This document shows positions 14,212 through 26,871 of a DNA stretch of 64,000 nt, in pieces (positions within the stretch are counted from its first letter, which is position 1; every line of letters starts with the position of its first letter). The DNA is taken from contig OZ024743.1 in assembly GCA_964016885.1 (NCBI GenBank), positions 290,966,001 to 291,030,000 of the forward strand, written 5' to 3'. Below the pieces are notes generated by a model, which was given only the letters and a program-made list of their open reading frames with translations, searched no databases and was not told the DNA's origin. The position numbers and the translations under genes are program-made. Source of the DNA: Eledone cirrhosa (Eukaryota).

Positions 14212-14400
14212 TGGATTGGCAGTATCGGTAGAGGGTCGGAAGCCATGCTTTGCAACAAAGAGTTACGGCCCTTTGTGATCTGAGTTCAAATCCTGCCAAG
14301 GTTAACTTTGCCTTTCATCCTAACGGGGTTGATAAAATAAAGTACCAGTAATGTACTGAGTAATTGCTGGCCCTGTGCCAAAACTAGAAACAATTATTAT
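14212..14400 (+). mobile_element. SINE family 1 copy
   Basis: GGATTGGCAGTATCGG...GAGTTCAAATCC...GCCTTTCATCC...AGAAACAATT followed by an (ATT)n tail. Confidence 0.9.
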
Positions 14401-14409
14401 TATTAGTTA

Positions 14410-15600
14410 TTGATTATTGGTGATTTTCTCAAAGCAATTCCCGCACATAATCTATGATCTCCACAATGATTATTTGTTTTTATTCTCTGTTTTCTTCCTT
14501 CTGTTCTCAATTATTCATGACATTTCGTTTTTCTGTGGTTAATTTTCTTGTTTGCGCAAGTTACTCGTATGTGACTCCGTATGTGGGTTTGTATATTGCA
14601 ACATTTGTATCTGTGTCTTCCTTATTTTTTCTTGCGTTCTATTATGTCTTCAATCGTTAGGTTGTAGAGTGGGCGTGATTAATCCATTTGCATATTCTAT
14701 TGAGGCTCGTTTTATCATCTATAATATGTGTGGCCTCTTTAATTTGTCTAAGTTTTGTTTCGATTGTATGTCTAACTATGATCTTTACTTTAATGTAACA
14801 TACCGAGCCTCCACGTTCTTTTTTCACATGCTTTTGGATAATTTAAAAGCATTTCTCCTCCTGGAATTTATGCTAGACATATTTTATGCTCTTGCCTATG
14901 CTACGATGTGTTGTAAATCCTTCGTAGTGATCGGCGATGTTATGGGATTTCCATGCTTTTCTACTATTTTATTTCTTACATTCAAGCTTATTTAGGGATT
15001 TTCTAAAACAATGCGCTATTTCGCCACGAAGGGTAGCGTTGAGAAAGACGACAATCTCGGAATTTTGGCTGTCATTCTATGAGTTAGCCTTCCCTATTTT
15101 CTTCTTATTTCTTTCCATACCATTCCAAAATTGTTCCTCTATAGTTGGCAAACCCATTCGCGTCATATTCTATGATAGTCTAGAATTTTGTCAGGTTTCC
15201 CCCATCCACCATGATTCGGTCTCTTTGGTTGTATCCAGAGAACAGCATATGGTGCATAAGGGCCTGTGCGAGTCTCGCTAATTATGTTGGGTCATATATG
15301 TGTGACATGTTTTCATCATTCTTGTCTGAAATTTATGAGTTCCAGTAGATCAAGTATTCGAATGACATGTTTGCTATAGTGTTAATGAAGCTTTTCTGGT
15401 TTTTCATCCTTAGCTTCCAGCCAGATCTGTTTCTAGCAAATATAGTCTACGGTTATTGTACTTAGTAGCGTAGACTATTGTTACCTCAATATTCCAGCGG
15501 ATGGAGTTGGCTATTTGCTGAATGCTCTTCATTGTACTAATCTCTAGATCAGGTAGATGGGCACTCTCTCGTGGGGATTATTTTAGCATTATATTAATAC
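14410..15600 (-). mobile_element. Old, heavily mutated PLE (family A-related) RT thumb/GIY-YIG remnant
   Basis: The minus strand at ~15480-15535 reads TMKSIQQIANSIRWNIEV, matching TMESIQQIANSIHQCIRV in ORF 15875-16165. Similarity continues downstream. Confidence 0.65.
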
Positions 15601-15659
15601 AACTCGGATAATATTGCGTAACAAAAACAGAAATGTGTGTGTGTATATATATATATATA

Positions 15660-17545
15660 TTGTTATACTTTGGGAGGGTCGTGTTGCCAATAGGAAACAC
15701 ACGCACCAGTTGCTTTCACTTCAATTTATTATAAATTAAATTTATAAATTTAGTGGGGGCCAGTATAAAATTAACCCTTAAGGAACATATGTTCAAATTT
15801 AATGGAAAACATATGCCCAATAGGAGGGAGCAGCCATTCGTGTTAGCATTGCAGGTGACATACCTAACCTATTCATGGTATGGTGGGACAATAGACTTAA
15901 ACTTAAACATAAAGAACAATTAGAAGTCAGCAACCTCTTAAACCTGATAATGTACTCCCGCTACGTTGATGATATAAACATCGTAGTAAAAACACCCCCA
16001 CTGGAGAACAGTCCGGAATTAGAGAAAAACACCATGGAAAGCATCCAGCAAATAGCAAACTCCATCCACCAGTGTATTAGAGTTACTATAGACTACCCAA
16101 GCAAACGCCCCCAACCATCGATTACATGTACTAGACACAGAGCTCCGGTTAGATACTATCAATAACAAAAAAACATATCCTCCATTCCCATTATGCCAAA
16201 CCCATGACTTTCAAATATCTGATCCTCCGAAACTCAGCTGTTTCGGACCACACCAAAATCAACATACTGATTGCGGATATGGTACGGGTGATGAGAAACG
16301 GGTCCCGCATGTGAAACCCCAAAGAACTAGAGAGACACATACAACACTTCATCCACCGTATGCAGTTCTCTGCCTATAATCAGAGAGATAAGATCAGAGT
16401 ATATCGATGAGCCAGAATCACATGGGAAAAAATGGTAAATAATGATACAAATGGGACCTGCCCTTTGTATAGGAGCACATTTTGGAATAGAATAGAAAGA
16501 ACTAGGAATAAGGTTAATAGAATAAACTCATGGTAAGATAGCAATAAATACCAGAGTGTAATGTTCAGTACAACCCCTAGAGGTGAAATTAGCTTACAAA
16601 TTCAGAAGGGCCCTAGATAAACATAAACTCAATATGAAGATAGTAGAAATACTAGGTACCTCCATAAAACACTTACTAGCAATAAATACCCTTTTCAAAG
16701 ACCTTCCTGTATAGATAGAAAATGTATAATCTGTAAACTAAGCCCCCATATTAACTGTAAAACTAGAAATGTAGTATATAGCATAAGATATACTGAAGGA
16801 CAATGTAGAGATAAGAATATAGTGTACATAGGTGAGACAGCTCGTAGTATAGGAGAACGGATAAATGAACACTGGCGAGAGCTTCAAGATAGTAAATAAT
16901 CATCTGTACTCTACCAACATGCTAAAATAGAACATAAGGGTAAATTAAAAAACATAGAAATAAAATAGAATCTACACACAGAAAAGACGCAATGTTTAGA
17001 CAAATCAGAGGCAATAAATATAAATGAAATCCAACCAAAATTAAATAGAAAGCATGAATGGAATAGCAACATCACAACTTACAATTAACGAGAAAAAGAA
17101 AACACACACACACACATAGAACAAACAACCAACCAGTAACATGTAAATAAACAATTAAATAAACCAATATAAACACACAGAGACACCCGCATGTAACACA
17201 TGCGCAAACTAAGCACACAACACACACAAAAACAAGATGTCGTAGGACAGAACAAAGGAGAGGCACAAAAACAAAGAAAATAATCCCCAGTCACTGAAGA
17301 GGTCACATAATGTGTGAGGAAAGAATTTGACAATATATGAACAATCGTCTGGTTGTGGAACCAACCAACCAACTGCAAATTCATAAATTCCTAAATTTAT
17401 AAATTTAATTTATAATAAATTGAAGTGAAAGCAACTGGTGTGTGTGTTTCTTATTGGCAACATGACCCACCCAAAGTATAACAATATCAGTTTCAACACA
17501 CGTTTTCAGATAAATAATCTTGCTAAACAAATGTAGAAACGGTAT
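15660..17545 (+). mobile_element. 5'-truncated Penelope-like element, family A: inverted 5' terminal piece, RT and GIY-YIG pseudogene, 3' pLTR
   Basis: RT motifs AGDIxNLFMVWWD and YSRYVDDI. Endonuclease motifs NVVYSI...YIGETARSIGERINEH (~16770-16875). 15660-15752 is an inverted copy of 17395-17485. (TA)n on both sides, with many stops and frameshifts. Confidence 0.9.
17290..17331 (+). ncRNA. Minimal type I hammerhead in family A pLTR
   Basis: GTCA-CTGAAGA-G-GTCACA..TGTGAG-GAAA-GAAT-TT-TGAC. Confidence 0.7.
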
Positions 17546-17848
17546 ATATATATATATAACAAATAGAAAATGATTAACATATAAATAAATATATGAAACA
17601 ATCACAGGGGCTATTTTTTACAAGTGTGTAAGCACACATAGCTAGGTAGGTAGCTAAATAAAGTTAATTAGAACTTCAAAAATAGATACCTTATAATATG
17701 ATTAATCTTCCCTGTATATATTCCATTAAAGAAATATATTTCACCAATTAATCGAATGGTAAATGACGGAGGCCGATACTTGGATTTTCAACATGACACC
17801 CATAATTTTGATTTAGATTAAATTCACTTTGATTTATCTTAATTTTGT

Positions 17849-17899
<51 letters not shown>

Positions 17900-17901
<2 letters not shown>

Positions 17902-20900
17902 TAGGAAAAAGTATGACCCCGACGGCAGAGCTCAAGCCGTTTCGACGGCTATTTCTGGACTAAATTAGAATGTTTAGCCTGGTATGTAAATAGCCCAACT
18001 TATCAAGGTGTATTTCTTTATATGGGAAGATTGTAGTTGTCAAGAGGATTGCTCAAGATTTGTTGTAAACACAGGATTTCGACACCAAGGAGAGATTCGG
18101 ATTCTATACCTACAAATCTCCCCCTCCGAACCCTATACTCTCACCCTTCGAGAACGACCTTTTCCACCTGGTCAAGAGCATTATATTCAAACTCAGACAC
18201 AACAGATTCCTACAACAACTGCGGAGCAAAATAATAGAGTATGAAAACACCAACAACGGCGTGGTGCAGTCGGACAAAACTGGAAACCTCTACTTCGTCA
18301 ACCCTGACAGATAGTACTCACTGATCAGGAGCAGCCTAAACTCCACCTATAAAAAGGCTAACCATTCAATTATCGAGGACATAAATCGAGATGGACAACA
18401 AATTACCTCCAGCCTCAGGGTCGCCGACCACACTGAACCCCTAAACCCGCGGACACCCTACTTCACACTGAAGGACCACAAATTCGACTTCAACCGCAAA
18501 CCATCCATCAGGCTTGTTAGGCAAAACGTGAGACTTAGCCTATGGGTCAGCACCCAGGAATTAATTTCATGGTTCAGGAATATGGAGGACCAACGAGACC
18601 CAAAATTCATCTAGTTTGACATAGAGAGTTACTATGCATCTATTAACTCACCGCTCCTTACGGCCGCCCTGGATTTGCCGAAACACTCACACACATCACC
18701 GACCAGGAAAGAATTATCATTCTCCACGCCAGGAAGATAATCCTACTTTTCGACAACTCTAAGTGGATAAAGAGAGTTCCCGACTCCCCCATTCGACGTG
18801 AGTATGGGCGCCACGGATTCGGCCGAGGTCACAGATCTTATAGGTTTATTCCTACTATTTAAACTCACCAAAATGTTTCCTGCATTCGGTGGTGGATTGT
18901 ACTGAGATGCTGGGCTCCTCACCCTCAAAGGGTACAAGCCCAGTAGTACAGACCGGGTCCGTAAACAACTCATCAACTTCTTCCGGGACTGGGGATTTAA
19001 AATCTACCAAAAAAATGTTCCTAACCCAAGTAACTTCCTGGACGTTACCCTTAACCTCGAAAATGATATGGACTGCCCATACAGGAAACCAAACGAAAAC
19101 CTGCACTACATCCACTGCCGCTCTAACCACCCTCGAAACATCACCAAAAACCTGGTTAAAAATATCTCCCTCCGCATATTTCGTTTGTCTGCTAATGAGC
19201 AGATATTCGACGAACATGCGCCTCATTACAACCAGGCCCTCAAGCGGAGTGGCTTCCGGATGAAATATCCTTTCATCCATATCCCTTAGCGGAACCAGCA
19301 GGCAACACCGCCGCTCACGCAACGTAACGTGGTACAATCCTCCTCACAATGCCGATGTGGCAACACCTATCGGGAAAATCTTCTTTACGCTCCTCGAAAA
19401 ACACTTCCCACTACAACACCGCTACCACAACATAATTAACAAAAACACCATCAAACTCTACTACAACACCGCACCTAACTTCGCTCAAATCATCGTCTCC
19501 TCAAACAGCAAAAAACTTAACACCTATGGAAGAAACAACCTAGACATCAGTGGATAGCCAACCAGGAGGTGTAACTGCCCTGATAGATCTACGTGCCTCC
19601 TCAACAACAGATGCCGAGAACGTAACGTAATCTACCAGGGCAACGTGAGGACGGACACCTCCAACAAAGCTTACATAGGATTAACCGCTTGTGACTTTAA
19701 GACCCGGCTCTACCAACATCGACATACGTTCCGAAACCCGGTCCGGCAACATGCCACTACTCTTTCAGGCCACATCTGGGACTTCCAAGATAATAATATA
19801 ACCTACAATCTCACTTGGAGCTTACTGTCCAGAGCTAACTCTTACACGGGAGGACGCCGCAGGAAACATTACAAATGCTGTTTTCGAAGGATCAACTCCT
19901 AAACAAGAAAGACGAAGTGGTAACCGCATGCAAACGCAGATTGCGTAGGACTTACCTCGCCCTCAAACCCCATAACGACCCGGGTGGGTAGACAAGAGCT
20001 GATACCCCCACTTGCCGAATAAGTTAGGAGAAACCTCAGCTTATATAGGTAGATGTACCTCTTTTCATTTCCTCTATGTTGTCTTCTTCCCCTTGTCTCA
20101 TCCTATCACTTTCTTCCACCCCCGATCTTCTTCCTCGTCTTTTACTCCACTTCCGCCTACCCCGGTGCAGCCCATCGGGCCTCTGTTGCCTCAGTACCCC
20201 CACCCCTGTAATTTTAAGATAGAATTGGCCGAATACGCTTTACTAATTATTTATAGCAGATGTGTTAGACCCATGTAATTTTATATCATTTTTGTTACTA
20301 CGCCAATTCTACAATTTCTAAATTTCTTATTTAGCATTTTCTTTTCTCAAATTATTAACCTGTAATTGTAAGTTAGCATTGGCGGAATACGCTTTACTAA
20401 CTATTTATAGCAGCTGTGTTAGACCCCTGAAAAGTTTGTATTATATTTTTTCACTACCACTTCTACAAGTTTATTATTTTCCATTCTCGACTTATTAACC
20501 TTTTCTATAGTTTTGGCCATACTAGCAACACCTACTATTTATAGCAGCTCTTTCTAGATTCTACTGTTTTTGTTTCTTTTATTCATTTCTCACTATCTAT
20601 TTTATATATGTTTTTATATTTCTTTCTATTATGTTTTAATGTCTTCTACTCCCTTCTGATTTACCTATTCTATACCCTCCCTCCTCCATTTTCTCCAGAA
20701 CAATTCTTCGACTTTTCATACACTATCCTTAGAATCTGCTGTATAGATACCACTATTAACGCTTGACCGGCTCCCCTCACTCCCTCATTGTTCTACAGGC
20801 AAGTTCAGCCACCCCTACCACCCACCAAATGCCATGATAGACTTATTTGTGTTTACAACAAATTTTAACCAATCCTCTTGACAACTACAATCTTCCCATA

Positions 20901-21097
20901 TAAGGAAGTACCCCTTCATAAGTTGGGGTATTTATTTACCAGGCTAAACATTCTAATTTAGTCCAGAAATAGCCGTCGAAACGGCTTGAGCTCTGCCGTC
21001 GGGGTCATACTTTTTCCTATTACCCACTCTACTAACCTAAGTACTGAGTACTCTGGTGCGTTATGGTCCATCTGGTTCCTTACCATATCTCCTTCGT
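17900..21097 (+). mobile_element. Penelope-like element, family B: inverted 5' pLTR piece, RT and GIY-YIG pseudogene (~18090-19990), 3' pLTR
   Basis: Motifs FDIESYY, MGATDSAEVTDLIG, GLY*D (YRDD), NFLDVTL, PYRKPN, WYNPP and NVIYQ..AYIGLTACDFKTRLYQH. 17900-18070 is an inverted copy of 20845-21020. Flanked by (TA)n. Confidence 0.92.
17916..18011 (-). ncRNA. Type I hammerhead (family B pLTR), U3-A8 core, full helix III
   Basis: Minus strand: ACACC-TTGATAA-..GGCTATTT...AAATAGCCGTC-GAAA-CGGC-TTGAGCTCT-GCCG-TC-GGGGT. Homologs occur at 20910-21005 (+), 58724-58819 (-) and 61091-61186 (+). Confidence 0.7.
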
Positions 21098-21192
<95 letters not shown>

Positions 21193-21289
21193 AAGTATGT
21201 ATCCCTACATGCAAAATACATATAGGGACACATGTATATTCCAACCGTATGCCAATGTGGTTCTATGGCAGGTTAATAAATTAACGAGC

Positions 21290-21612
21290 CACAACATATG
21301 TAATCAAGATTTAGCAAATAAGAAAACATTTTAAAATAAATTTTAAAAAGTTCACTGTACCTGCTGTAATTACCTTTACCGTACGGTTTCAAGTCTCGAA
21401 ATAAATGGATAATCCATGCGGATATCCATTTATATTCTCCGAGCGGAAAGAATCCTCTGACGATAGTCTTTCTTTTCAATGGATATCCGCATGGATTATC
21501 CATTTATTTTGAGACTGAAACCGTACGGTAAGGGTAATTACAGCAGGTACAGTGAACCTTTTAAAATTTATCTTCAAACTTTTTCTTATTTGCGAAACCT
21601 TGATTATATATA
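21290..21612. repeat. Imperfect inverted repeat (~140 bp arms) derived from an HHR-bearing terminal repeat
   Basis: 21290-21430 is the reverse complement of 21478-21612, and the block sits between (TA)n tracts. Confidence 0.85.
21453..21534 (+). ncRNA. Type I hammerhead
   Basis: TCCT-CTGACGA-T-AGTCT...AGACT-GAAA-CCGTACGG-TA-AGGG. Helix III is the 10 bp palindrome ACCGTACGGT, the site is GUA, and there is an extra hairpin in helix II. Confidence 0.8.
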
Positions 21613-21613
21613 C

Positions 21614-21644
<31 letters not shown>

Positions 21645-22724
21645 ATAGGAGGCGTAAGGTTAGGCCAACGAAAATAAAGACGAAAAAACGGATAGTTTCT
21701 TTTCACAAGTAAGCTTATAAAAATCACTATTATTTCAGACCACCTACTTAAAATTAAAAGTGTTAGAAATAGTGGGAGGCTGCTTAACCAAATGAGAAAT
21801 ATAGAAGAGAGTGAAATAGAAAAAAATACGGACTAAATTTCACGTAGACTGAAATAAAAAACGTCACATATGTATAGAAAAGGTAGAAAGGGGGAATAAC
21901 GGAAGACAGGCTGGTCAGTGTAACGTCTATTATTTGATAGGAACAAAAATGTCGATGTTTATAAAGCATACGGATATGAGTCTAGAACTAGAAGGCGCAC
22001 AGATCAAAGACAATGGAAAATAAAAGGGAAAGTATACCTTGAAAATCACTATAGTTTCATTGCACCAAGGTTGATTCTATTCGATTTCGAATTTCCTGCG
22101 CAGTGGCTTCATAACAAAACATGTGAGATCATCAGATACGTGAATATATTAACATACATTACAGTAAGCCATCCCTGTTAAACACATGAATAATCACATG
22201 AAATTTTCCCTGATATTTCCGAGAGAGACATATATGAGACAATAATAATTATAACGATGCGTCAAATAAACTGATCGATAAAAATATTTCATGACAGGCT
22301 ACTGTGAATGAACCTTCTAAAATAACCGTATTCTAAATTGACGACGGCAATAACGTTGTTATTAAATTAACTTATTCCTATGCGATCAGCAATCTACGTA
22401 TTAAATGCTTTAAACAGAGGGTAGTCTGATGTATACGGAGTAATACAAAATATGGCCGTAATTGAGGGTTGCAAATATGAAAACTGTCTATGAAAAATGA
22501 CATCTATCTTATAAAACTAGTGCACCAGTACAGAAGCAATGTAGTTAAAGCTTAATTACATTGCACAGGTGAAAATCTCTTCAGCGTGTCATGGCCTCCC
22601 ATCGACAAAATTCCGAAGTATTGATTTTTTTTCGTCTAATATTATACATTTATATATGATGAGTGTGTGAGTTAGAAATTATTATTGCTTACATTTGTGT
22701 TACTGTCTATATTGTAGGGTATAC

Positions 22725-22781
<57 letters not shown>

Positions 22782-22823
22782 ATATATGTACATATATATA
22801 AATGTACATATATATGTACATAT

Positions 22824-23082
22824 GCTGTCATCAGCACCGTATACCTTCCTGTCAGTCGATTGAGCGTTTGGAAGCATGTACTTTCCTTAGGCATATTAAC
22901 GGCTGAGCAGCTTAATTTGCATATAGAGTGAGTTAGTCGGCCGGGTGTACCGAAAACGATAAAAGGAAAAAATTAAATTTAATTTCCTACTCTTAGTACG
23001 GCTGATACTTAAATATAAGTATGTATACGTAATACATATATGTATACAGACATACACTAGTATGTATATACATACATACATG

Positions 23083-23117
<35 letters not shown>

Positions 23118-23582
23118 GTATGGGTTTAGCGAACATTTATTAAAATTCTCGGTTTGTTTGTAAACAAACTGCCCGATGTTCGGCCACCATTATTGCCCTT
23201 TTGTTCAACACTGACTAAGGAACGATGAACTAGTTTCTAGCTTATTAGCTGTCATCAGCATCATATACCTTCCTGTCAGTCGATTGAACGTTTGAAAGTA
23301 TATACTTTCCTTATGCATATTAACGGCTGATCAGTCTAATGTGCATATCGAGTGACAGGAAGGTATACGATGCTGATGACAGCTAATAAGCTAGAAACTA
23401 GTTCCTGTTCCTTAGTCAGTGTTGAACAAAAGGGCAACGATAGTTGCCGAACACTGTACGGCTACTAATTCGGGCTGTTCGGTAAAATCATACGTACATA
23501 TATATATATATATATATGTGTGTGCATGTATGTATGTATATACATACTAGTGTACGTCTGAATACATACATGTATGTACGTA

Positions 23583-23590
<8 letters not shown>
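22824..23590. repeat. Duplicated and inverted HHR-bearing repeat
   Basis: 22824-22930 is directly repeated at 23248-23354. 23175-23281 is inverted at 23352-23452, and the flanking low-complexity 23020-23110 is inverted at 23495-23590. Confidence 0.8.
23223..23263 (-). ncRNA. Minimal type I hammerhead (mirror copy on + strand at 23368-23407)
   Basis: GATG-CTGATGA-C-AGCT-AATA-AGCT-A-GAAA-CTAG-TT-CATC, with palindromic loop III. Confidence 0.75.
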
Positions 23591-23664
<74 letters not shown>

Positions 23665-23939
23665 TAAAGCATGACTATAGAATCACCAGATAAAATATAT
23701 ACCATTTCCTCTCCCAATTAGCATAATTAACCATATAAAAAATCGATTAGACCAAGCTATAAGAATAAAGGCTTCTATGAAGAAATCTCCGACAGATAAC
23801 CGAAATCAGCCATCCGCGCCGGCTGCGACGGTATACTTATCGAGTATTTCGACAGCATGTATGAATCGCCAAGATATACAGTCAATTAAACAGAATTAGG
23901 TGTAAAATAAACTAGGAGAAAAGTGAACATATTTAGATA

Positions 23940-24015
23940 CCTCGACCATGGTTTCGTCCGCATTTTAAGATATCCGATAGCTTCGGACACCTAAAGCACC
24001 GGACTCTTCAGGAAG
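23940..24015 (-). ncRNA. Type I hammerhead, canonical core
   Basis: Minus strand: CTTC-CTGAAGA-GTCC...GGAC-GAAA-CCATGG-TC-GAGG. It has the G10.1-C11.1 pair, a GUC site and a palindromic helix III. Confidence 0.85.
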
Positions 24016-24054
24016 TTAGCTCAAATTTAGACAATAAATTTTCCAAAGTTATCG

Positions 24055-24091
24055 TATTTGATAATGCATAAAAATGCTGAAACCGGTAATA
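24055..24091 (+). ncRNA. Minimal type I hammerhead, U3-A8 variant
   Basis: TAT-TTGATAA-T-GCAT-AAAA-ATGC-T-GAAA-CCGG-TA-ATA. Confidence 0.6.
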
Positions 24092-24345
24092 GACAATTAT
24101 TAAATATATAAGTAGATAAATAAATGCTATTGTTAAATAATAAATAAACCAACTGTTACCTTAACTCTTCACACAAAGTACAACATTTCGTTTTAATCAT
24201 TTTCTAACCCTGAAAAAAGAGAGAAAGAAATAAAAAGGAAAAAAATATATTTTACTTCCTAATAACCGTCTCTTTCTGCCTGCTTTCATATATATCGATA
24301 TATCCTCACTCGTGTGCTTCCTCTCCACATTTTATTATTATTATA

Positions 24346-24397
<52 letters not shown>

Positions 24398-25324
24398 TAC
24401 ACACACACACACACAGAGACATATATATATATATATATATATAAAGCTGCCTGTGCTTTTGTGTTTGTATATGTAGTTCCCGGTTAAAATGAGTACAAAT
24501 CCAAACAATGATTTCATAAAGAATTATTACTTCATAAAAAAATTAGAGTCCGGAGAGTGATGAGGTGGAAAAAGAAACCGAATTTGCATTAGGATACGTA
24601 ATGAGCAAATATGTAAGGGTTTCAGTAGCTAAGCATTTGCTCAGAGAGTGTATGCGTGAACATCTTTCCGGTCGTATATGTGTGTCCACGTCTGAATGTG
24701 TTTTTGCTTCATATCAGTATGCTGATATTTTCTGAATATTGCTAATGAGTGTGTTTCTATGTGTGTTAAACCAAAGACGAAACATGTTGCCAGTAGAAAG
24801 GATGATAGAAGAAAAAAAAAAGTTAATGAAGAAGAAATATATGTTATTGATTTATTTCACTTGCTATATTCCTAGAATATCATCTGTGGTTTCCATTCGA
24901 AGTAAATTTTATGACGAGTTCCTTGTGTATTAGTGAGTGTGTCAACACGGGACGGAGATAAATGGTCTCGATACAATAGTGCATGTGTTCTGCAAGGAGT
25001 GATGAAGTTGAGTGTCAGAATGCAAATGACTTATCGTTTGTGAGGTCAGGTGGAAGTGAATAATGTTTGTGAATGTATGAAAAATAATGGACTCATATTC
25101 CTTGAGATGAAATAACAATACACAAAATAGAAGATATGAAGAAAGATTTGGTGGGGGAATTGCAAGCAGCATATAAAAGTATGTTTCACCAAGACCAAAC
25201 AAAGAGACACTAGGGTCACGTGATAGTGTAAGGGGAACTTCGCCGCAAACAGAAGCCAGAAACATAATGCCAAGAGGCGAAAAACTAATAATATTTTAAG
25301 GAAATTTTATTTTCAGTATATATA

Positions 25325-25605
25325 TAAAAATGTTGAACACACAACACACAGAAACAAGATGGTGTAGGGCAGAAGAAAGGAGGGACACAAAATAAAGACC
25401 TAGCCACTGACGACGTCGCAGAATGTTGGCGAAAGACCTTTGAACAACTATCGAACCAACCAACCAGAAATTTATGAATTGAAGTTAAAACCAACAGGTG
25501 CGTGTGTTCGCATTGGCAGCATGAACTCGCAAATTATAACAGTATCTGTTTCAAGACATGTTTTCAGATAAGAAATCTTGCAAAGCAATTTCAAAACCGA
25601 AGTAT
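25325..25605 (+). mobile_element. Diverged solo pLTR of family A with HHR remnant (25403-25444)
   Basis: Colinear with 17210-17545, and contains CTGACGA..GAAA-GACC-TT-TGA. Confidence 0.75.
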
Positions 25606-25644
25606 ATAAATACATGTGTGTGTGTGGGGTGTGTGTGTGCGTGT

Positions 25645-25699
<55 letters not shown>

Positions 25700-26806
25700 T
25701 GTGTGATTGTTAGTGATTCCATCGATAAGAAGCTAGTTCTGGCATTTCAACGCATATTCTGGTCATTTTCTTAGGTTTTAGAGTAAACACAACAGAAACC
25801 GTATGTAAGCTTGTATGAGATACCTATGTGGGTGTAATTATTTGTCAAAGTGTGTATACGTAATGTTTGCTTTTACAATATTACTCTTATAACATTACTA
25901 CTCATCGCCATTAAGATGATTTCAAATATTTACTTAAAGTCGCATTGTATTAATGTTGATTAATTTATTTGTTTCATGTAAACTGACAGTACGAAATGAC
26001 GAAATAACACCCTCAAGTGTATGCATGTATACACATTTATAACTCATAAATACATTAACAATTGTGTAATTTCTCTGAAACGTATTTTGTAGTGATTAGA
26101 ACCGTATAATTTACAATCATGCTTATGAATAAAGATAAGAAATGGTATACGAAATTTAGTGAGATATTTAAAGGAATGTACACAAATGTGCGTCGTGTAC
26201 AGATGAATGTCAGCACACAGAAAAGTAGGCGTTTGTAAATATATAATAAATCACACACGTACAGACACAATCACACATGCGTATGTGATAAACTGTGCCT
26301 TGTGAAGAATGCTATATAGAAATATACACCCACTTGCAAACATTAACGAGCGCACCTCTCGGACAACGATGCACCCACACATTTATTTTTACACTGGAAG
26401 CACATAATATGAATTAAGTGGATGGAAATCAAAGCAAAAAGCGCAATAAAGTAACTTTGATATTAAAGAATGCGTTACGAAACAGATTTCATTTATAAAT
26501 AACCTCCTATTTACAAATTAATGAGAAATGACATGAGTACTTGAAAGTTAAGAGAAGCAGAATTCATAGCTATGAAGATTTGATTTTAGCAGTATACCAT
26601 GCATATCATACATATGTATCATAATATACGATACAACATACAGTCTCTCTCTCTCTCTATCTATCTGTATATATATACTATATATACATACACACATAGA
26701 CATTCACACACACACACGTATATATATATATATATATAATACCTATGATCCCTAGCATACAACTGATGATGGATATTACTCTCTTTCACCCGTAACTTTT
26801 ATTTTC

Positions 26807-26869
<63 letters not shown>

Positions 26870-26871
<2 letters not shown>

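Noticed and set aside
18895-18915. In-frame TGA in the PLE ORF as possible selenocysteine recoding
   Set aside because: The TGA replaces the Arg of YRDD (CGA to TGA, CpG decay) in a copy with many other stops and frameshifts. It is not at a Cys position.
26755-26810. CTGATGA-containing hammerhead candidate (similar weak case at 30840-30892)
   Set aside because: The GAAA box or helices I and II do not pair convincingly, so it is too degenerate to call.
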